From: Andalucia godoyi And28
Lineage: Eukaryota; Protista; Jakobida
Direction: 5' to 3'
Assembly (NCBI GenBank): GCA_009859145.1
Contig: VRVR01000033.1
Location: forward strand, 186,001 to 250,000
DNA length: 64,000 bases
Positions within the stretch are counted from its first letter, which is position 1, and each line of letters begins with the position of its first letter. Positions 51,001-61,165 of the stretch are shown here, piece by piece. Below the pieces are notes generated by a model that was not told the DNA's origin, searched no databases, and saw nothing but the letters and a program-made list of their open reading frames with translations. The position numbers and the translations under genes were made by a program.

Positions 51001-53696
51001 AAGCAGTTTTGCACAGAGTCGCCCGAGAAATAGCATTCAAGAGCAGGAATCAGAAATTCGATGATGTTGGACAGTTCGGCAAACTTCAAGAGCCTGAGAT
51101 GCAACGAGTAGTCGCGAGAATTTGCAAGAATCGAAAACAAAACCTTTGCAATTAATCGGTAGGAGACAATCGAACAGTCATCAAGAAGGGGAACCTGAAT
51201 TCGGAAAGCATTTTCTTTGCAGAAGGTCCACAAATCCGTACCATCGGCATTGCCAAATACAAGAAGTTCAAATGGAATCAACAATCCAGGTACCTCCGGC
51301 AACTTCAAAGCGGCATCCGAGTGTGCCATCAAAAACTGGGGCAACGCATTCTCTGCACGAGGCGCCGATGCGTAGGGGATCCATAGCTCATCTGCTGTCG
51401 ACAAAAACAAGGATGCAACAGGATGGTCGCCAAGGACCGAAACCGCAGAACGGAGCCACTCTTCCCAGCCGTTCGTAGAGAATAGGAAGCGAATTGAACT
51501 CGGCAAGGCTGCATCCCTTGCACAACCAATGAGATCAAACTGCTGCATGTACTGAACACAGTCTCGGAACCGTCGATGGTCCGATAAAACATGCAGCGCC
51601 GCAATGTGCAACTGCGAGAGCTGGCCTCGTGGAAACACCTCTCTCATTCTTGTCAAAACTTCCTCCGTTGCACGAACACACAAATCCCAGATAGAACTAT
51701 CACTCACCCAGCGTTGCGCAAACACGTGGGGTTCCGCGGTAAGTCGGTGAAACTCGCATGGCAGCACGACCTTCCTTTTCCAGAAACAGAGAGCAAAATC
51801 CAAATAAAATGGCGCTGCTAATTGCGAGCCTACAATCGAGTCTAAATCAACCAGCTGCCAATCCTTTGCTCCAGTACCAAGCGTCAACTGATTCGCAACA
51901 TATTCTAAAAGCTCTCCTCCTCGCTGCAAGATGCAGCGAAGAACGGCGGCACCAAACAATGTGCATGCCCTCCATTCGTACTCTTCCCGGAACGGCATAT
52001 GCAGAATGGAGAGTATTTCCGAGGTAGAAGAGGACATCAGAATCTCGAGGACCAGAGACGAGAACTCCGAGTCACGCAACACCATCGGCAAGCTGGCTCG
52101 CGTCCGAAGAGCTTTCCACATTCCGAGCGCTTCAGTGTCTGACATTTTCACGAATTCCTTGGAAGACGGTCGATCGGCTTTTGTCAATAGCAGCAGTGGA
52201 GCGTTGCGAATGGTGGAGAGTAAATCAGGATGAATAACGGAATGAACGAGTTCTGGTGACATCAAAATCAAGCGCAAAAGAGTCTGATAGGAAAAGCCCC
52301 ATTGGGCAGAAAGTTCCAAAGCCAGCCGGAGATCAATAGACCCGGCGATAATCTCTCGGACAAGCCCAGACACATGGGTCGACTGAGCATCTCCAAATAT
52401 TGGAGCCTCCACAATCGGAACTTCCAGGCGGGGGACACCAGGCATTTCACTCCACGTGACCTTCCCTGACACAGCATCTGGAATCTTGCGAGACACTTCT
52501 ACACAGTAACGAATGATACTCTGCGCAATCCGCGGGAATTCACACAAGGGAGCAATCCACCTGTCCAGCTTCCGGCGCTCCTTTGCCGCGACCGCGAGCA
52601 GCTCACGCAACATTCCCTCATCTTTTTCCGTAACGGCTTGCTGGATCAAAGCATCAAACTCCTCGTCGGAAAGCGCCAACGCGTCAAGCGGAATGTACGT
52701 CGCAAGAAGGTGCCGAGGAATTTTCGACAAGCTGTCGCTCTGTGCGAAAGTAAACACGTGTCCGACTTCCGGGAAGCACACAACAACAGATCCTGCAGTC
52801 GCCGGGGGAACATACTCGAGGGGATTTTGACGAATCGTGGCTCCGCAAAAGGGAAAGTACAGGCAGTCTGAATTGGAAATGCTGAAGGCAGACACAACAT
52901 CAAGCGGCACTGCAGTCGTGTCCGACCCGCAAAATGTGAAACAATCCGAAGAAAACTTCCGTCGTGCGGAAGGGAGACGAACGATCGACGCCATGGCACT
53001 TTTGGATTCCGTTCCCATATGTCTCATGGCGAGAAGAAGCTGATTCGAGAAACAGAAGATGGATTCGCACGCTTGAATCCTGCAGACGCTGGTGAACTCG
53101 ACCGTCGCAGAATCGAACACGCAGAGCGATTGGTCTTCCAATAGCACATACAGCTCCTCATTGCAGAATGAAGCAACCGACTTGACGATTTTCGACAGCG
53201 TAACAAGCTGTCGTGAAACCATTTCCGTGCCAAGTACCTTCATAATTGTGCACTGCCTGCCGATGAACACAAATATGTACTGCGACGCTGTAGCCACAAA
53301 CACATTTTCAGTGCTGGACGTCGCGCTGAGCCGTGTTCCTCCACACAGTTCGTCGTATTGAAAGCGCCTTGCAAAGCAGTCTGCATAAACCTCATGTGCA
53401 GAGCCCGACACGAACGACAAGATCGACTCCTCAGCAACCATCTTCCTTTGCAAAAAGCTGCCTCTCACAAAGCACGTTGTGATGGACCGGTCTTCGTGCA
53501 GCATAACGAGCATCGAGCCTGCAAAGTTGTGGAGCATGCACAGCTGCACACACTGCACGCCCGAGTTACACAGCGAGATAGGCGAAGAAGTGAAAGGCAA
53601 AATACGAACGCAGCGCGACTCGTCGACGCCAAACGCGATCCTCTTCGATCGGAGAACATATATACATTTGCACGCACCATCGAGCAGCCTGCTCAT
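48033..53696 (-). CDS. SPG11: Spatacsin (SPG11)-like large alpha-solenoid protein
   Basis: 1887 aa with a beta-propeller-like N-terminus. The C-terminus LLSLTRDDARVFV..AHVVCVAYGL..EFASVLFDRFFKKDD..FIDQF resembles the spatacsin C-terminal domain. Confidence 0.6.
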   Translation of the reverse strand: MSRLLDGACKCIYVLRSKRIAFGVDESRCVRILPFTSSPISLCNSGVQCVQLCMLHNFAGSMLVMLHEDRSITTCFVRGSFLQRKMVAEESILSFVSGSAHEVYADCFARRFQYDELCGGTRLSATSSTENVFVATASQYIFVFIGRQCTIMKVLGTEMVSRQLVTLSKIVKSVASFCNEELYVLLEDQSLCVFDSATVEFTSVCRIQACESIFCFSNQLLLAMRHMGTESKSAMASIVRLPSARRKFSSDCFTFCGSDTTAVPLDVVSAFSISNSDCLYFPFCGATIRQNPLEYVPPATAGSVVVCFPEVGHVFTFAQSDSLSKIPRHLLATYIPLDALALSDEEFDALIQQAVTEKDEGMLRELLAVAAKERRKLDRWIAPLCEFPRIAQSIIRYCVEVSRKIPDAVSGKVTWSEMPGVPRLEVPIVEAPIFGDAQSTHVSGLVREIIAGSIDLRLALELSAQWGFSYQTLLRLILMSPELVHSVIHPDLLSTIRNAPLLLLTKADRPSSKEFVKMSDTEALGMWKALRTRASLPMVLRDSEFSSLVLEILMSSSTSEILSILHMPFREEYEWRACTLFGAAVLRCILQRGGELLEYVANQLTLGTGAKDWQLVDLDSIVGSQLAAPFYLDFALCFWKRKVVLPCEFHRLTAEPHVFAQRWVSDSSIWDLCVRATEEVLTRMREVFPRGQLSQLHIAALHVLSDHRRFRDCVQYMQQFDLIGCARDAALPSSIRFLFSTNGWEEWLRSAVSVLGDHPVASLFLSTADELWIPYASAPRAENALPQFLMAHSDAALKLPEVPGLLIPFELLVFGNADGTDLWTFCKENAFRIQVPLLDDCSIVSYRLIAKVLFSILANSRDYSLHLRLLKFAELSNIIEFLIPALECYFSGDSVQNCFLKLEDVSASPFCIRFYSSSDSSTIPPVRALSADTQSVWASILRSGEILSGSRLQWNYLDAVFRNQDEQVMLSSGNNDINSALQLAFFTHILGNPPRMQDLPCSVGGVYVLANIPGMDLTKLYAPSCAQEELKAPPVRAEDIVVPDAFKTAESAFDAVSMVRYVDCGVFLWYAQAVYSCHMKNFPKAHKCFARFHAANPSLLLWIPVIKTTAAVLPDQVKFLFLKMISPYFPQFLPPHFDVFENGLAPLSMLGLPQEDLILYFSRRHRFAAARKLSAEWGTFFEVLFLSKCNSFSRAISTGFHHFRYHTSPLLCFLLLLISRENPDAVLIACLAYSLLRDQKDIVKECFELAFICREPEVIRFVLETFLRAHSAEFPVKYLEECHIDVECLTDFESDNSEMFSELIGLLRIGTAKETLWSLMERDRTTWSIRSPGSGASYSNPITPLSPPFSSSSSPSMKTKLVRNVSINALILALLSDNDDSQSEMFSFHRIAHDCYFAAKEQFPDILRLFTDVIVDRPPLHISLGSFHELVARVLLFPCPLISQQPVWRLLRGYAAEHPSVCAVWEDSLVMIWCDFIRAFVYHDASLATKGLQIPNLAQSLKVDSSFRRSSPLSIVYSALLSLSSVLTSNKSIFAEVASEENEKSIENIRGVFLDFIHSLSVDRRRFLELMEKIVVSWDGFPSVLGLLCVMFAQETMGFSFAAQRVWEEVNVRFSALLAKVLVDGDAVQRSHIIEHFHILSFAVGDVSLLLPYLDAIAAAGATPELFAFEISLPLARIILKRYPQYGKSVHRVFARENRMQEVAFRLEEEANEHPSVEAFRIAAVQYHLAGNFVRSHEIQSSKIPLLTLSEEIGRDLLSLTRDDARVFVRSANSPRHAHVVCVAYGLSPHEEFASVLFDRFFKKDDTAFIDQFVAYFRNRVSSTEWRHWAWSALDALKTAGLWNERRAFQFLEAACPDILVRKELYKRIGDAGRYASEIKKLDIFLD

Positions 53697-53784
53697 TTCT
53701 CAACCAATTCTCTTGAGACGCGGAAACCCTTCAGTGCGATCAGTGCGGTTTCGGATAGCAGTAGTGTTCTGTATATAAAAATAC

Positions 53785-53785
<1 letters not shown>

Positions 53786-53822
<37 letters not shown>

Positions 53823-53846
53823 GCAATAACAATAACAATAACACAA
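53786..53846. repeat. (AAT)n / (AATAAC)n microsatellite upstream of the SPG11-like ATG
   Basis: Direct inspection. Confidence 0.85.
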
Positions 53847-54007
53847 TAATTTTAATTTTAAAAAACACTGCGGAATGAAAAAGATGCTTTGGGGTTTTGA
53901 CCGCATTTCACAGCGGACTACGACTGCCAGTGCTCACTATGGGCAGGAACGTGCATGGACTGTTCCCTTTCGGAAAGCGTGGGACGGGTGAAAAGCCGGA
54001 AGCGCGT

Positions 54008-55816
54008 TTACAGCTTGATGACGGAGCCAGATCCGCTGGCTCCGTTATAAATGAAGGTGTTGCACAAGGGGATTCGCTGGAAAGTAACAATTTTGAGAAA
54101 TTCCTGGGATGCGACGCCGCCCATGACAGCAGCGATGTTGTGGATTTCGGAAGTAGCGCCGCGACAACACTCCTTGACAAGATCGAGCGGAACTTCAGCG
54201 ATGTCCGGAAACATCTGGTGGATCAACACGAGAACCTCCGCTGCATCTCCTTCCATGTCCGAGGGAAACACGCCATGTTTCTCATGAAATGCCTCAAACG
54301 CTCGGAATATAGGATAAAAGACGCCGCAGTGGCCGCTTTCGAGCTGCTGCAGCGCCGCAATCACCTCGGACGTTGCCGGCTTCTCATACTCCTCACGCAG
54401 AGTTCTGCAATGAACGAGTCTGAGAGCCGTGGCATTGGAGACAACCTGCTCAATTAGATCTATCGGGATGCCGGCAACAGATTGGTCGTCTTGATCTGCA
54501 GACGAGCCGCCGAGATTTTGTGCCAGTATACTCTGAATGTGTGCGAGATCAGACTTTTGCTTTGCTCGATATGCTTCCTGCAGTGCAACATACTGCAGTG
54601 TATCAGCAGTCATATCTGGGACTTTCCCCAGAAGCGGCAACGAGCGCGTTTCCTTTACAAACTCGGAAATCGCTGCGACAACCGCCCATATCTGAGCCCG
54701 CTCCTTGTCGACCGCGGAAATTGCCTTCCCTGACGACCCTGTCGGACTCGAAAACGGCAAAGATCCTGAAGCCGTGGAAGTCGGATTACTGACGCCCGCA
54801 GTCGACTGCGAGGAACTGGACAAATTCATGGATAGCTTTGCATCCAAGGCCGTTCCAATCGAGCCTATCCTGCCGAAGCTTCTCGATCCACCACTGGCAC
54901 TTGTAAGACCTTGCGACATCATCGTTGAAAACGCAGACGTGCATTCCGAGTACGAGACCAGTGTTTGAAAATTCGGATCTCGCAGCACAGCATCTGCAGT
55001 GAAGAAGGCTGCGTGTGCAAACCTCTCTGCTTCTTCAAAATTCGCTTCATCGTGCGACCGTCGCAGCGCCCGCACAAACATTTCTTTGAACTCTGTCTTT
55101 TCCGAATAGGTAGCGGGAGGCTTGTCTGTCTGCTTCTCAGCTTTCCAGTTTGCGAGCGCAATTGCCAGGATAACAGGATATGGAATATGCGCGTGCTGCT
55201 CGCTGTCCATTTGCGCAATGGAGTCTGCAACTGCCCCAACAAGAGCATTGAGCTGTGGAAACCCGTCTGCGATTCTCAAGTGCTCTATCTGCTTTTCTGT
55301 TCGCGATTCGACTACAAGATGCCCTTGCGCAACAATGCGCAGCGACGAAAAGACCCCGAACGACCGGATGATGAGCAGCGGTATTCGAAGCGCAGACAGC
55401 TGCTGATCCAGAGACAGAAGCGCGGTCTTGGAGAGAAACGTCGCGACAACGACAGCCGAGAACTGCGAAAGCACATCACAGAGGTCGCATCGAGACAAGA
55501 AGTCCGAGAGCGGCGCATGGACGTATGATCCCTTTACAGACGGATTCAGTTCTCGCAGCAGCTTCGTCACAATCTCCGCTCGTGGCTGCCCGATCGAATC
55601 AACTGTCACGAAAAAGTTGTTGCCGCAATCCCGCTCCGTGATCAACGACCCGTCTACCACTGTAAAACTCCCAATGTTCGGCAACACTAGATTCTTCAAA
55701 AACTCGGTTCCGACCGCCGTCGCGCCCAACACTAGCACACTCGAGCGCTCCAGCCGACTCTGGCCATGATCACCCCACAGGCGCAGCTGCCGATCATACT
55801 TTTGCGTACTGCTCAT
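54008..55816 (-). CDS. NAE1: NEDD8-activating enzyme E1 regulatory subunit (APPBP1/AXR1/Ula1)
   Basis: KYDRQLRLWGDHGQ, EFLKNLVLPNIGSFTVVD, CGNNFF, HAHIPY, VPDMTADT..YVALQ, EIHNIAAVMGGVASQE. Confidence 0.95.
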   Translation of the reverse strand: MSSTQKYDRQLRLWGDHGQSRLERSSVLVLGATAVGTEFLKNLVLPNIGSFTVVDGSLITERDCGNNFFVTVDSIGQPRAEIVTKLLRELNPSVKGSYVHAPLSDFLSRCDLCDVLSQFSAVVVATFLSKTALLSLDQQLSALRIPLLIIRSFGVFSSLRIVAQGHLVVESRTEKQIEHLRIADGFPQLNALVGAVADSIAQMDSEQHAHIPYPVILAIALANWKAEKQTDKPPATYSEKTEFKEMFVRALRRSHDEANFEEAERFAHAAFFTADAVLRDPNFQTLVSYSECTSAFSTMMSQGLTSASGGSRSFGRIGSIGTALDAKLSMNLSSSSQSTAGVSNPTSTASGSLPFSSPTGSSGKAISAVDKERAQIWAVVAAISEFVKETRSLPLLGKVPDMTADTLQYVALQEAYRAKQKSDLAHIQSILAQNLGGSSADQDDQSVAGIPIDLIEQVVSNATALRLVHCRTLREEYEKPATSEVIAALQQLESGHCGVFYPIFRAFEAFHEKHGVFPSDMEGDAAEVLVLIHQMFPDIAEVPLDLVKECCRGATSEIHNIAAVMGGVASQEFLKIVTFQRIPLCNTFIYNGASGSGSVIKL

Positions 55817-55844
55817 CCCTCTCTCTATCTCTCCCTCTCTCTCC

Positions 55845-55876
<32 letters not shown>
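55817..55876. repeat. Compound (CT)n(GT)n microsatellite abutting the NAE1 start codon
   Basis: Direct inspection. Confidence 0.85.
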
Positions 55877-56348
55877 TGCGGTGTGCGGTGACTACGTGTG
55901 TGTTCAGGGGAGAGCGCGCACATGGTGTTTACAATGCACACTGTGAAAAAGATCCGGCGACCGACCGACGGTCACCAAGCAAACCGTCGTACGGCACGCA
56001 TACACAACCCCTGGCACGTCTGGATCGAGACTGGAGTAGTGCGCGCGACATCTGCTTTGAAGAACGCTTGGGCGTATTCGAGCCTGCCCCCCATTTCTGT
56101 ATTGAATTCACATCCCCGTTCGAATGCAAGACTGAGTATGGACAGGTCAGCAACGACTCGCCTTTTGCTTCGTGGACAACGTAGACATCTGCTGTAACAT
56201 GAACCTCTCTTGCTTTGTGTTTTGTATTCTGCTGCTCAAAACCCTAACCCTAAGGCAGTCCTTTTTCTGTTTTCCTCAACAGGGAATTCCCGTGTTTCCT
56301 CTCTATTATATATGCAGTTTCCGCATGAGACAGAGAGAGAGAGAGAGA

Positions 56349-56380
<32 letters not shown>

Positions 56381-56516
56381 AAGAGTTTGTGCGAATAAGC
56401 GAGTGTTCTTCCGTGTGTGTGTGCGTGTGAGTGGTTTGAATTGTGAAAAAAAGAAAAAAAAGAAAGGGTGTGACGAGTGACGAGGAAGGATAAGAAGAAC
56501 AGAAAGAAGAAGAAAA

Positions 56517-57437
56517 ATGAAGAAAAAGGTTCTGTTGATGGGAAAGTCGAACGCGGGAAAGACGTCGATGCGGTCGATTATTTTTGCGAATTATGTTGCG
56601 CGAGACACGATGCGGCTTGGAGCGACGATTGATGTGGAGCATTCACATGTGAAGTTTCTTGGAAACCTGGTGCTGAACATCTGGGATTGTGGTGGCCAGG
56701 ACACGTTTATGGAGAATTATTTGCAGAGTCAGCGCGATCATATTTTCCGGAATGTCGAAGTCTTGATTTATCTGTTTGATATCGAGTCCCGCGAATACGT
56801 CAAGGATCTGCAGTACTACAAGTCCATTGTGGAGGCGCTGAAGGAGCACTCGGAAAACGCGCAGATTTTCTGTCTGATCCACAAGATGGATCTTGTTGCA
56901 GAGGAGCAGCGAGAAATTGTGTTTGCGCAAAAGGAGGCAGAGCTGAAGAAGGCATCACAGCCGTTCAACATCCGCTGCTACAAGACGTCGATCTGGGATG
57001 AAACGCTGTATGCCGCATGGTCTGCAATCGTGAATGCGCTGATTCCGAACGTCAACACCCTTGCGCGGCACCTCGAGCACTTCGCGTCGGTGTGCGACGC
57101 TGACGAAGTCGTGTTGTTTGAGAGAGCGACGTTCTTGGTCATTGCCTCGGCGACGATCAAGCAGCAGCAGGACGTTCACAGGTTCGAGAAAATCTCAAAC
57201 ATCATCAAGCAGTTCAAGCTCTCAAGCTCAAAGCTGCAGGGTGCGCAGTTTGCGTCGCTGGAAGTGCGGAACAACTCTTTTGCGGCCTTCATGGAAGCAT
57301 TTACCTCCAATACGTACATTATGATTGTTTCTTCGGACGTCTCCATCCAGTCCGCAAGTATCCATATGAATGTGTCTGTGGCGAGACAGCACTTTGAAAA
57401 ACTCCAGTCCAGCTCACAGGCGGCAAACGTGCTCTAG
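56517..57437 (+). CDS. RRAGA: Rag GTPase A/B (Gtr1)
   Basis: [71 protein letters not shown]. Confidence 0.98.
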   Translation: MKKKVLLMGKSNAGKTSMRSIIFANYVARDTMRLGATIDVEHSHVKFLGNLVLNIWDCGGQDTFMENYLQSQRDHIFRNVEVLIYLFDIESREYVKDLQYYKSIVEALKEHSENAQIFCLIHKMDLVAEEQREIVFAQKEAELKKASQPFNIRCYKTSIWDETLYAAWSAIVNALIPNVNTLARHLEHFASVCDADEVVLFERATFLVIASATIKQQQDVHRFEKISNIIKQFKLSSSKLQGAQFASLEVRNNSFAAFMEAFTSNTYIMIVSSDVSIQSASIHMNVSVARQHFEKLQSSSQAANVL

Positions 57438-58082
57438 AAGATTTTGTTCCATCCATAATTCCATCCTGTCCCACCCATCCATACCCTGGCTCTGCTCTGA
57501 ACTGCGTGTGCCTGCGTGCATGTATGCGTGTCCTACATGTGTTAAAGAATTAATTAAAAAAAAAAAGATAATTCAATCACCGTTGCCGCTTATTGCGATA
57601 TGATGAAGCCATCTGAAGCGCACCAAAACAGGAACACTGCCATGCGCCATGCGTCTGTTATCTTAGCAACTCCGTCATACGATGCCCGATTCGTTTCGCC
57701 CCATTTTGATCATGAAATCCCTATGTAAATACGCCACCGCGTTGCATTGTGCATGTTGCTGGGTTGCAGCATTGATTATGGGTGATCGGCGATGATTATC
57801 CGTGGTTAGTGTACAATGTAGGCGAAGAACTGAAAGTCCCTGCGGCTCTGGGAGCGCCTTCGCAAATAGAACGGAAACGAACTCGAGAGGCTGTGCGGGG
57901 TGTTGTCTTTTTACTATTTAGAAAAAGGGCACAAGGAAGAAGAAGATGAAGGACAAGGAGAAGATCAATAAACACACACATACACACGCACACACAAAAC
58001 AAAAAAAAGAAAAAGAAAAAAGAAAAGGAAAGGAAAGGAAAGGAAAGGAAAGAAGGACTGGCTGTTGTTTTTCCTTGATTGT

Positions 58083-59495
58083 CTAGTAGCGGAGCATGTA
58101 AGTGAGTCTACGGAAACGGTTCAGGTCCGGAAGCGACTCGGTCGGTCCAATGGCGGCAAGCGACACCTCCTGATCATACACGTACTTCATCATGGTCTCT
58201 CGCAGCACCTTTGCATCGACATTGTCGATTAGCGCAAACATTTCCGCGGGAGAAATACGTCTTCCGTACGCCAAAACCTCTCTTCCAATGTCGTCACAGA
58301 CTGCTGCATTGTCATCCAAAGCCATCATTGCCTGAGCCTTGAGCTGGGCCTTTGCACGCTCAACGTCCTCCTCAGTAGTCTTCATGCACATGCGAGTGAG
58401 TTCGTGCATGACCTCGTATGCAACGTCGTCCAAACGACCAGGCTTTCCGACAACATACACTCCGAACAAACCGGTGTCCTTGTAGCAAGTGTTGAAGGCC
58501 GAAACATGACTGACAAGATCATCCGCTACGAGTGCCTGGACAAGCTTTGATCCCATATTTGCACCTGCTGCGCCTGACGCACGGGACCAGGAGCCAAGCA
58601 TTGTCTGTGCAACCATCAGCGGCACACTATCCGGGTTCACCCACGACGCGCCCTCGAATCCGATTGCAACATGTGCCTCGTGCATTTCGTCATTGCGAAC
58701 ACGCACGTCTGCACCGACAAATCGAACCTTCCCTGCGCTGGCATGTCCACTGGCGTCCAGCAACGGTCCGGAGCCCACAGTCGGGACCTTTTCAAATGCA
58801 CGCGACACCAACTCGACAATCTTCTCGTGCTGGATGTTTCCGGCAGCAGCAACAACCATTCGCGGAGCAGTGTAGAACGCATTGACGTAGTTGACGATGT
58901 CATCGCGCTTCATGTTGCGAATGTTCTTTTCGTTGCCGAGAATGTTGCGTGCAAGTGACGATCCCTGGAACGCTACGGCATGCAGATGGTCAAAGACCGC
59001 TTCATAATGGTTATTCTCAACTTCTTGTTTTTCCCTCAGAATAACCTGACGCTCTGCATCGACAGCCGCCTCCGAGATTGCCGAGCGCTGCAAGATATCC
59101 GCAATGATGTCGACTGCTTTCGGCACGTCGTTTGCGAATGCACGGGCATAGAACGCCGTCATTTCGCGTGACGTATACGCATTCAGATGTGCACCAAGCG
59201 ATTCAATCTCGAGCTCGAGTGCAGCTTGCGGCCGCGAAGCAGTTCCTTTGAACAGAACGTGCTCGAGGAAATGCGCCACCCCATTGTTATTCGCATTCTC
59301 AAACCGCGACCCAGTGTCAATCCACACCCCAAGAGACGCTGTGTTTCCATGGCGCTCCTGCGTCGCAACACGCAGTCCAGACGGAAGAGTCGTCATCTTC
59401 GTTGACGGATAACGAAGAATGTGCGAAGGAAGATTCGCACTCGACATGCGCCGGAGGCCGCTCGCCATCGTCATCACACGCGTCGAAAACAGCAT
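58083..59495 (-). CDS. PMPCB: Mitochondrial processing peptidase beta subunit (M16B)
   Basis: ATG at 59495, presequence, GVWIDTGSRFE, zinc motif HFLEH, LNAYTSRE, FNTCYKDTGLFG, DIGREVLAYGRR. Confidence 0.95.
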   Translation of the reverse strand: MLFSTRVMTMASGLRRMSSANLPSHILRYPSTKMTTLPSGLRVATQERHGNTASLGVWIDTGSRFENANNNGVAHFLEHVLFKGTASRPQAALELEIESLGAHLNAYTSREMTAFYARAFANDVPKAVDIIADILQRSAISEAAVDAERQVILREKQEVENNHYEAVFDHLHAVAFQGSSLARNILGNEKNIRNMKRDDIVNYVNAFYTAPRMVVAAAGNIQHEKIVELVSRAFEKVPTVGSGPLLDASGHASAGKVRFVGADVRVRNDEMHEAHVAIGFEGASWVNPDSVPLMVAQTMLGSWSRASGAAGANMGSKLVQALVADDLVSHVSAFNTCYKDTGLFGVYVVGKPGRLDDVAYEVMHELTRMCMKTTEEDVERAKAQLKAQAMMALDDNAAVCDDIGREVLAYGRRISPAEMFALIDNVDAKVLRETMMKYVYDQEVSLAAIGPTESLPDLNRFRRLTYMLRY

Positions 59496-59951
59496 CTTTC
59501 TCAACAAATATATAACAATATTATTCTTATTATTATTATTATTATTATTATTATATCAGATTCTTCTTCTCCTTGGTTCCCGTGGACTACGCCTCCCCCC
59601 TCTGAGTATCTGTATCTGTATCTGTATAGCTGTTTGTAAACAACAAAAGAACCAAACAAAAAACAAAAAACAAAAAGGAAAAGAGAAAGAGAAAGAGAAA
59701 GAGAAAGAGAAAGGAAAACAAGAAAACTCAACAGACGCACACCAGACGAACGAGGGTTATTGGTACTGCACTGAGTGGACCGAGCAGGGCAGAACGAGAG
59801 AGGGTTAAAAATATGTGGGGGCACAATACAAAATGCTCGGGGAAGTGGTTTAGCATCAAGTCGACTTGATGCTTGTCTACGATCGGATGAATTGACCCGC
59901 AAGGATGAGAAACGTGCTGCAGGCGCTTGCTGGAGGGTGGTAGAGAACAAA

Positions 59952-60005
59952 GGGTAGAGGGTAGAGGGTAGAGGATAGAGGATAGAGGATAGAGGATAGA
60001 GGGTG
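59952..60005. repeat. Heptamer tandem repeat (GAGGGTA/GAGGATA)n
   Basis: About 7 copies ending roughly 30 nt before the DUSP ATG. Confidence 0.85.
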
Positions 60006-60033
60006 GGAGCTGAGGAAAGGATTTAGGGAGGCG

Positions 60034-61014
60034 ATGGACTTGCATGAAGTGTATCCACGACTGTTTATCTCGTCGCTGCGCGAAGCAGAGGATGTGTCTT
60101 TGCTGAAGGCGCACAAGATTGCACTTGTGATTAATGTTGCACACCGAATCGACTCTGCGTATCATCCTCAACATTTCCAGTATCTCACGCTGTCGCTGTC
60201 GGACGATGTCCACCAGGACCTTCTCTCTGCGTTTCCGGTTATTTTCCCGGCAATCCAGAACATTCTTCGATTCGATGTCATTGAGCGCGGAACAGTGCTT
60301 ATTCACTGTCTTGCGGGCCGATCGCGCTCTGCATCCGTCGCACTGGGATTCATTCTCTATGATCTCATGTGCAGAATAAAAGAAGATCGGCTGGAAGAAG
60401 GATACTCGGCGTTTCCATGCTCCATGCAAAACTGGGTCAAACACATGTTCCCGGTCTGCACGTCTCCTTCTCTTCCTGCAGCTGCCGCAACATCCATTCC
60501 GTCCTTTGCGGGATATTCGCGTTCTCCAGCGGCTTTTGCCAGCCCAATGCCGGTAGCCGTACAACACCAACACAGCACTAGCGGTAGCACTCCCAGTAAC
60601 AGCATTGGGACTGATAATCTGCTTGACCAGGAGTTGGCAACGAAAATCCCAAATTCCCTAGAGTTCCTGAAAAAGGCACTGGCGAGGTTCTCTGCCCTGC
60701 ATCCGCCGACTCGGATCAACGAAAACTTTTTCTGCCAGCTGCGGCTGTTTGTCTCCAAGCAGTGTTCGTTGGAGTTTTGTGCTTCCAGGAGGAACCAGAA
60801 ACTGGCTGCACAGAGCATCAGGAATCGTGAGCAGATCAAGGAGTTGTCGGATCTTGGAATCATGACGCCCGCACGAACACCCAGGAGTGATACTCGCACA
60901 TCGATGCTCAGCGCAAGCACAAGCAGCAGCACAGGTATGCTTTCGAGCGACGGTGCATTTACTGTGAGTGCTGCGGACGGTCACCCGAGCAGCGCGGGAA
61001 CTGCCAACCACTGA
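60034..61014 (+). CDS. Dual-specificity protein phosphatase
   Basis: EVYPRLFISS, LSLSDD, catalytic IHCLAGRSRSAS and INENFFCQL. Confidence 0.9.
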   Translation: MDLHEVYPRLFISSLREAEDVSLLKAHKIALVINVAHRIDSAYHPQHFQYLTLSLSDDVHQDLLSAFPVIFPAIQNILRFDVIERGTVLIHCLAGRSRSASVALGFILYDLMCRIKEDRLEEGYSAFPCSMQNWVKHMFPVCTSPSLPAAAATSIPSFAGYSRSPAAFASPMPVAVQHQHSTSGSTPSNSIGTDNLLDQELATKIPNSLEFLKKALARFSALHPPTRINENFFCQLRLFVSKQCSLEFCASRRNQKLAAQSIRNREQIKELSDLGIMTPARTPRSDTRTSMLSASTSSSTGMLSSDGAFTVSAADGHPSSAGTANH

Positions 61015-61165
61015 CTCGTTCCGAGAGTCCATTTTTTTAATTTTATTAATATATATACATATTTGTTTTATATTTTCGTATCATGTTGTACAGCATCATG
61101 TAATGTAATATATAGTGTATTAGCATGCTGTTCTGTTGGATGCCGGTGGTGCCGGTGTGCCTTTC

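Noticed and set aside
57601-57616. TGATGA..CTGA box C/D pair
   Set aside because: The boxes are only 6 nt apart, too short for a snoRNA.
58121-58134. TCAGGTCCGGAAG resembling the SRP RNA helix-8 motif
   Set aside because: It lies antisense within the MPP-beta coding end and has no surrounding SRP structure.
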